64,000 nucleotides of DNA, taken from NCBI GenBank assembly GCA_919902675.1, contig CAKKRH010000016.1, positions 8,789 to 72,788 on the forward strand, in the 5' to 3' direction. Below are positions 60,801 to 64,000 of the stretch, in pieces. The stretch comes from Omnitrophica bacterium GWA2_41_15 (GTDB lineage Bacteria; Omnitrophota; Gorgyraeia; Gygaellales; UBA12090). Position numbers and translations under genes: made by a program. Position 1 is the stretch's first letter, and each line of letters begins with the position of its first letter. The notes beneath the pieces are model-generated. The model did not search any database. It was not told the DNA's origin and saw only the letters and a program-made list of their open reading frames with translations.

Positions 60801-61484
60801 AGAAACACCGTTTTTCCTTTCAGCTATCAATATCCGGCCAATCCTTATAGCGTGAAGAATGATTATTTTCTGGAGACTTATTGTGATCCCGTATGGCCTA
60901 CTTCTTGCGGCGGCGTTTCCGGTTTTCCCGCGGAGCCAGACCCAGTCACTTGGAGCTGGGTCAGGACTAATCTTACTGATCAGCAGCAGGGATGCTTATT
61001 GGCTGCCGGAGAGTCCAGATATCAAAGCGTGCACGCGGCGGATATGGTAAATACGGTCGGGTTCGGACAGCTTTTTAATCTGGCTGTGGCCAGCCCTTTT
61101 GAGCCCTGGGGATACCGCCTGGAGCGCTGGGGAGGCAGTTCTTCTCCGCTATTTCTGGAGGGGGCGTTTCTTAAGATCGGTTTTTGGCGTAATGAGGACC
61201 TTAGTTATAAGTACACCCGTTACCATACCCGGCCTGATACCGTGGTGAACTGGTATGAGAGAGCCAGGGAGTCAATTACCAGCGGCCACGAATATATGGC
61301 GGATGACTTAAAAGTAGCAAATAATTCCGTCAGCAGCAGCGTGACTTATGAATATGAAGAGAGGTTCTGGATGCCTGGAGGCCAGCCTTCAGGGGATTTC
61401 CTGGCCAGCGGCTATGAGCAGAGATGGGATCAGTTAAGCGGAACGGATGAAAATTTTGATTACGATACTCTACCTGAGCTTTAG
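57882..61484 (+). CDS. 1200-aa PilX_N-like pilus-associated protein (putative tip/adhesin), otherwise uncharacterised
   Basis: The N-terminus GFILMTTLMVGTVLTVLSGAYFASS…RRQFEANQEFYSAESGIAYGY matches my recollection of the PilX N-terminal domain pattern. The rest is W/Y/N/S-rich with no motif I recognise. It has its own promoter-like element upstream. Confidence 0.45.
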   Translation: MKKNLRLGNQGFILMTTLMVGTVLTVLSGAYFASSLSQSNIARRQFEANQEFYSAESGIAYGYVEALSGGTLTHKIINSITGELEGELKGDRQFSADVVDIDGSGNMVIKNKAGRVIAKGKIYEKGSDTIILVQAVNADGEETGPIHRYVISHKSLYKYFEFYDTGTCNAAGNWKCYEWSLGWSGTHKGKLVANASTSPETYFAVGKVHVNGNILLNVEDFESLPELSCSGQFLYGNKTQFSEPALWDNITWNNTNKSRTYNYNQSNCANCMLDGLAPLNRYEYSPYNFVYPLEYDNLTVTASPISERSGTARDWAHEPGVHIYGYQVTDDWPDITTYGNTHFWMDIDKSGVLTSSERQYIPKILPSCSGCGYDWDKYSGNLNDNYASWLRFGSGSTTCSDSQAVRFEVTNSSYQYEALRWLADKESAANPNISSSSPSEYSSATTANWLTTAATTASSVSANSRWDSYEYDRVTLLSILNEGNAASGLNPNQGSGLKDQSEYGLYVIVKYYLANGSFPSGTDAVIQNWVTDSGRLPAFDGVSGLSLNDFFAWWKQRRHHHGFDLSDCSSASYDGNWCFSNDKTAQTTDGYGRAVPAVPAWERIFWEAWLNYWPPVRGKNHNQVYSPADNRHAINPEWWEDLVYGNDRPVSGTTDTVLSLTHLNTYNEPQAGVFSAWLKDRGLLDESNNYAGSIIKFDAPISGYHGHADCPGHGGEILEPLSIKEAYKPLAQKAGGLFIEQTAADEFTVYYNGANVADGASLSACLSALNAAGGGAAWISAQEFYNPYTITKGVYDPALRNQDETNSSKTAVYINPCDVYSTLAYPYIVDNSASSCSSSTAIPPTVKAIQIDISLMPFIGDSDDDHVIYIDAPGYDVRLKNGAKLPNNFTLASPYDVYVQAQKKSESEMSSLSGVNINFDGDATVNEADVYRGVFNYEIGDKTRTDQGLDANFKPAAVITNSRVYFLSSEFLDRNTVFPFSYQYPANPYSVKNDYFLETYCDPVWPTSCGGVSGFPAEPDPVTWSWVRTNLTDQQQGCLLAAGESRYQSVHAADMVNTVGFGQLFNLAVASPFEPWGYRLERWGGSSSPLFLEGAFLKIGFWRNEDLSYKYTRYHTRPDTVVNWYERARESITSGHEYMADDLKVANNSVSSSVTYEYEERFWMPGGQPSGDFLASGYEQRWDQLSGTDENFDYDTLPEL

Positions 61485-62515
61485 AGCTCTTCTAAAGCCA
61501 GGCCCGCGGCCACCGAGAAAAGAGCCGGGCCGGCCTGGGATGCCTGAGAGGAAAGCTTGGGATTGAGATTGAAGTTCTGGAAGGGATTGATGAAAATTGG
61601 CTCTAAATTTAAGTACCCGCCTAAAAATTCCTTAAGTTCGGAAAACTGCGAAAACCCCCCTGCCAGGTACACCTGGTCGATCCTTTGCTCGGTGAGATTT
61701 TCGTAAAAGTCAAAGGAGGCGAAGATCTCATTCAGGAGATTGGTCAGAGAGAGCTTTACCATCTGTTTGACTTCGGCTGAGACACTATGCATATCGCGTT
61801 TGAGTTCTTCGGCCTTAGCCTGGTCTATATTCAGCTTGGTTTTAAGCAGAAAGCCGATGGTTTCGCCCCCGAAGCGGACATCCCTCACAAAGTAGGGAGT
61901 TTTATTTTTGGTAATTATAATGTTGGTGGTTTTGTTGCCGATATTGAGTATCGCGATATTGGCGTTGTTTTCGTTGCTTGGCCCGGAGTAGTTGAAATAC
62001 AGGGTATTCTTTATGGCCAAAGCGTCCATGGTTACCACCTGGGCCTTAAGCCCGGCTTCTTGAATAAGCTTTGACTTTGCTTCAATCAGCTCCTTCTTGG
62101 CAGCCACCAAAAATACCTGCATCCGGTTTTTTGACCTGGGGTCATCCCCGATTATCTTATAATCGGTATATACCTCATCGGCCTTAAAAGGGATGTGGTC
62201 TTCAATCTGGAATTCCATCGCTTTCTTGAGCTCATCCGGGGCCATCTTGGGCAGGGAAAGATACCTGGCTACCACATTTTCCCCGGCGATAGAGATATTC
62301 ACCTCTTTTGCCGAGATGTTGGCTTCCTTAAGCAGGTCTTTTATTGCCTTTGGTATGCCGGTTGGGTCAAGATCCTGGATATTTTTTATCCCCATATTGA
62401 TCATCTTGGAAGTCTTGTCGGCGATTTCTATTTCCACCACTTTCAGGTTATCGCTTCCGATATCCAGGCCGACTCTCCGAGGAGATTTTTTCTTGAATAA
62501 ATCAAAGGTTTTCAT
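61481..62515 (-). CDS. pilM: Type IV pilus assembly protein PilM (actin-like ATPase fold)
   Basis: VGLDIGSDNLKVVEI at the N-terminus, and …VYLAGGFSQFSELKEFL near the C-terminus. 344 aa. Confidence 0.8.
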   Translation of the reverse strand: MKTFDLFKKKSPRRVGLDIGSDNLKVVEIEIADKTSKMINMGIKNIQDLDPTGIPKAIKDLLKEANISAKEVNISIAGENVVARYLSLPKMAPDELKKAMEFQIEDHIPFKADEVYTDYKIIGDDPRSKNRMQVFLVAAKKELIEAKSKLIQEAGLKAQVVTMDALAIKNTLYFNYSGPSNENNANIAILNIGNKTTNIIITKNKTPYFVRDVRFGGETIGFLLKTKLNIDQAKAEELKRDMHSVSAEVKQMVKLSLTNLLNEIFASFDFYENLTEQRIDQVYLAGGFSQFSELKEFLGGYLNLEPIFINPFQNFNLNPKLSSQASQAGPALFSVAAGLALEEL

Positions 62516-62558
62516 TTTAGTTCAGGCAGGATAATTATCGTTGTTTTTGTCCTGGAGA

Positions 62559-63950
62559 TTATTTTTTTTTGCCTTTTTCCAGGGCCATGGCCATTGCCTG
62601 GTCTTTGGGGGTTGGTTTTTCTTTTCTTTTCATAGGAGTAAAAAGTTTAGAACGGGCATCTCTCAGCCTTTCTCTCTCCTCTTCGGAAATAGTGGCTCCT
62701 TCAATGATCCGGGGAGTGATAAAGACAATTAATTCGGTATCGGTTTCTTCTCTTAAGGTGCGGCTGAAGATTTTACCCAATAATGGTATATCTCCCAGAA
62801 GCGGAATTTTATCTATGGTAACGGTTTGGTCTTTTTTTCTTAAACCCCCGATAACCACGGTTTCATTATCTTTGAGCATCAGGTTGGTTTCGGCCTTGCG
62901 GGAGTCGATCGCCGGTTCGTTGGTGCTTCCTACGTAAGAGGCGACATAGCTTTGTTCGGTTTTGACGCTTAAAGAGATAAACTTCTCTTCGGTTTTGGTG
63001 ATATGCGGGGTAACGTAAAGTTTTATGCCTGTTTCTTTAAACTGGGTAGAGGAAACAGTTGAGCTTCCTTCAGTGCTTTGGGCGGTATAGGTGTAAGGAA
63101 CCTGTTCGGTGATTTCAATTTGAGCGGCTAGGTTATCCAGGGTGAGGATGCGGGGGGTAGCCAGGATCTTTACATCGCTGTCTTCAGCAAAGAGGGCCAG
63201 ATGGGAGGTGAGACTATAGGAGGGGAAGACGGTCTTGCCGTAATAAAGGTCTAGCACCGAAGATGAGGGGATGAGGGTTTGATTTCCATGCAGGTAGGAC
63301 TTGTCTTTATGGATTATGGTCCAGTCAATCCCCAGCTTATCCGTATCCTTAAGCTTTACGCTCATAATCAAGGCCTCAATCAGGACCTGGGGGGTGCGGA
63401 TATCCAACTTCTTGGCCAGATTCTCAATTTTTTCGATTACATCCGGGATATCGTTTATAATCAGTGAGTTTGTGGGAACATCCGCCTCCATGCTGCCGCG
63501 GCTGGAAAGCATCTTGCTTAAGGATTTTTGCAATTCGTCGGCTTTGGCAAAATTAAGGGTATAGATTTTGGTTATGGTTGAAATAACCTCTTCTTCTTTT
63601 TTAATCGTATCCGGAGTAGTTATGCGGATAATATTATCCTGGGTTTTGTAGGTCAGGTCGTTGGTCTTTAAGATGGTATCCAGGGCGGTTTCCCAGGTTA
63701 CGTCTTTGAGGGTTATATTAATATTGGCGCTGACATTTTTGTCCACCACGATGTTCAGCCCGCTGGCCTGGGAGATAATCTTTAGCGCGTCTTTAATATC
63801 CGCGTCTTTCAGGTTCAGGTTGAGCAGATTAGCTTCCCCGGCGAGGGTGTTTTGCTGGGAATAGAGGGGTATTATATTGAGCTGGGTTAAGATAAGGGAG
63901 ATGGCCGGGAAAATTACAATCTTTTTTAATAAAGATTTTTTCATTTTCAT
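62559..63950 (-). CDS. pilQ: Secretin (PilQ/GspD family)
   Basis: A signal peptide, N-domain LKDADIKDALKIISQASGLNIVVD, and secretin C-domain VVIGGL…IPLLGDIPLLGKIFS…ELIVFITPRII. Confidence 0.85.
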   Translation of the reverse strand: MKMKKSLLKKIVIFPAISLILTQLNIIPLYSQQNTLAGEANLLNLNLKDADIKDALKIISQASGLNIVVDKNVSANINITLKDVTWETALDTILKTNDLTYKTQDNIIRITTPDTIKKEEEVISTITKIYTLNFAKADELQKSLSKMLSSRGSMEADVPTNSLIINDIPDVIEKIENLAKKLDIRTPQVLIEALIMSVKLKDTDKLGIDWTIIHKDKSYLHGNQTLIPSSSVLDLYYGKTVFPSYSLTSHLALFAEDSDVKILATPRILTLDNLAAQIEITEQVPYTYTAQSTEGSSTVSSTQFKETGIKLYVTPHITKTEEKFISLSVKTEQSYVASYVGSTNEPAIDSRKAETNLMLKDNETVVIGGLRKKDQTVTIDKIPLLGDIPLLGKIFSRTLREETDTELIVFITPRIIEGATISEEERERLRDARSKLFTPMKRKEKPTPKDQAMAMALEKGKKK

Positions 63951-64000
63951 TTTGGTTTTCCTTGAGCCTCCAGGCTCAATTCATACATTTTATCACGCAG
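63947..64000 (-). CDS. 3' end of an upstream minus-strand gene (unknown; pilus-operon member?)
   Basis: The reverse frame is open from the window edge and reads …LRDKMYELSLEAQGKPK*. Its TGA overlaps the pilQ ATG (ATGA). Confidence 0.3.
   Translation of the reverse strand: MRDKMYELSLEAQGKPK

Overview
The window is a 64-kb stretch of bacterial chromosome. Coding density is high, and every gene up to 61.4 kb is on the + strand. LPS/Kdo/Lpt genes and a secretin indicate a diderm organism. The gene content and the repeat-laden intergenic regions suggest an uncultivated lineage, possibly Omnitrophota/PVC-like, but that guess cannot be verified here.

Gene blocks:
1. 2-15578: LPS inner-core and lipid A genes. 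These are an LpxL-ELM1 fusion, a GT4-GT9 fusion, one GT4, a CE4 deacetylase, two GT9 heptosyltransferases, a heptose-7-P kinase, kdsB-kdsA-kdsD-kdsC, an LptC/LptA-like protein and lptB.
2. 15688-30742: housekeeping genes. These are a short trigger factor, clpP, a class-V aminotransferase plus serA, a redox membrane pair, an IPMS-family synthase, purA, an H+/Na+-pyrophosphatase, an aminotransferase, a YqeY-like protein, a MazG-like protein and an ABM-like protein.
3. 30943-36141: a Zn-ribbon-HD protein, a 654-aa unknown protein and an HD-GYP protein, followed by a small sigma-70-family factor behind a structured leader.
4. 36604-47041: a nitrogen-assimilation supercluster (amt, glnB/K, GSIII glnN, gltB, gltD).
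5. 47526-64000: a type IV pilus/T2SS-like locus. It has two tandem PilB/GspE ATPases, a 1326-aa GGDEF-AAA(STAND-like)-HEAT protein, a stand-alone GspE-N/MshEN-like protein, PilC, two pseudopilins and a 1200-aa PilX_N-like protein. PilM and a PilQ secretin lie convergent on the - strand.

No rRNA, tRNA, CRISPR array, transposase or integrase was recognised.

Two things stand out:
- c-di-GMP wiring. An AGDEF cyclase-STAND giant sits inside the pilus operon, and an uncharacterised domain of about 110 aa is shared between that giant, the 654-aa ORF and the HD-GYP protein.
- A pervasive set of low-complexity, mostly heptanucleotide-phased repeat arrays. They form long hairpins exactly between stop and start codons (CAGC/GAAAGC type), form 120-150-bp hairpins with a conserved CTAAACAAA/TTTGTTTAG core downstream of six genes, and also occur in-frame inside genes, including gltB.

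All functional calls come from motif recognition by eye. No database search or RNA folding was run. Hairpin and repeat coordinates are good to about +/-3 nt.
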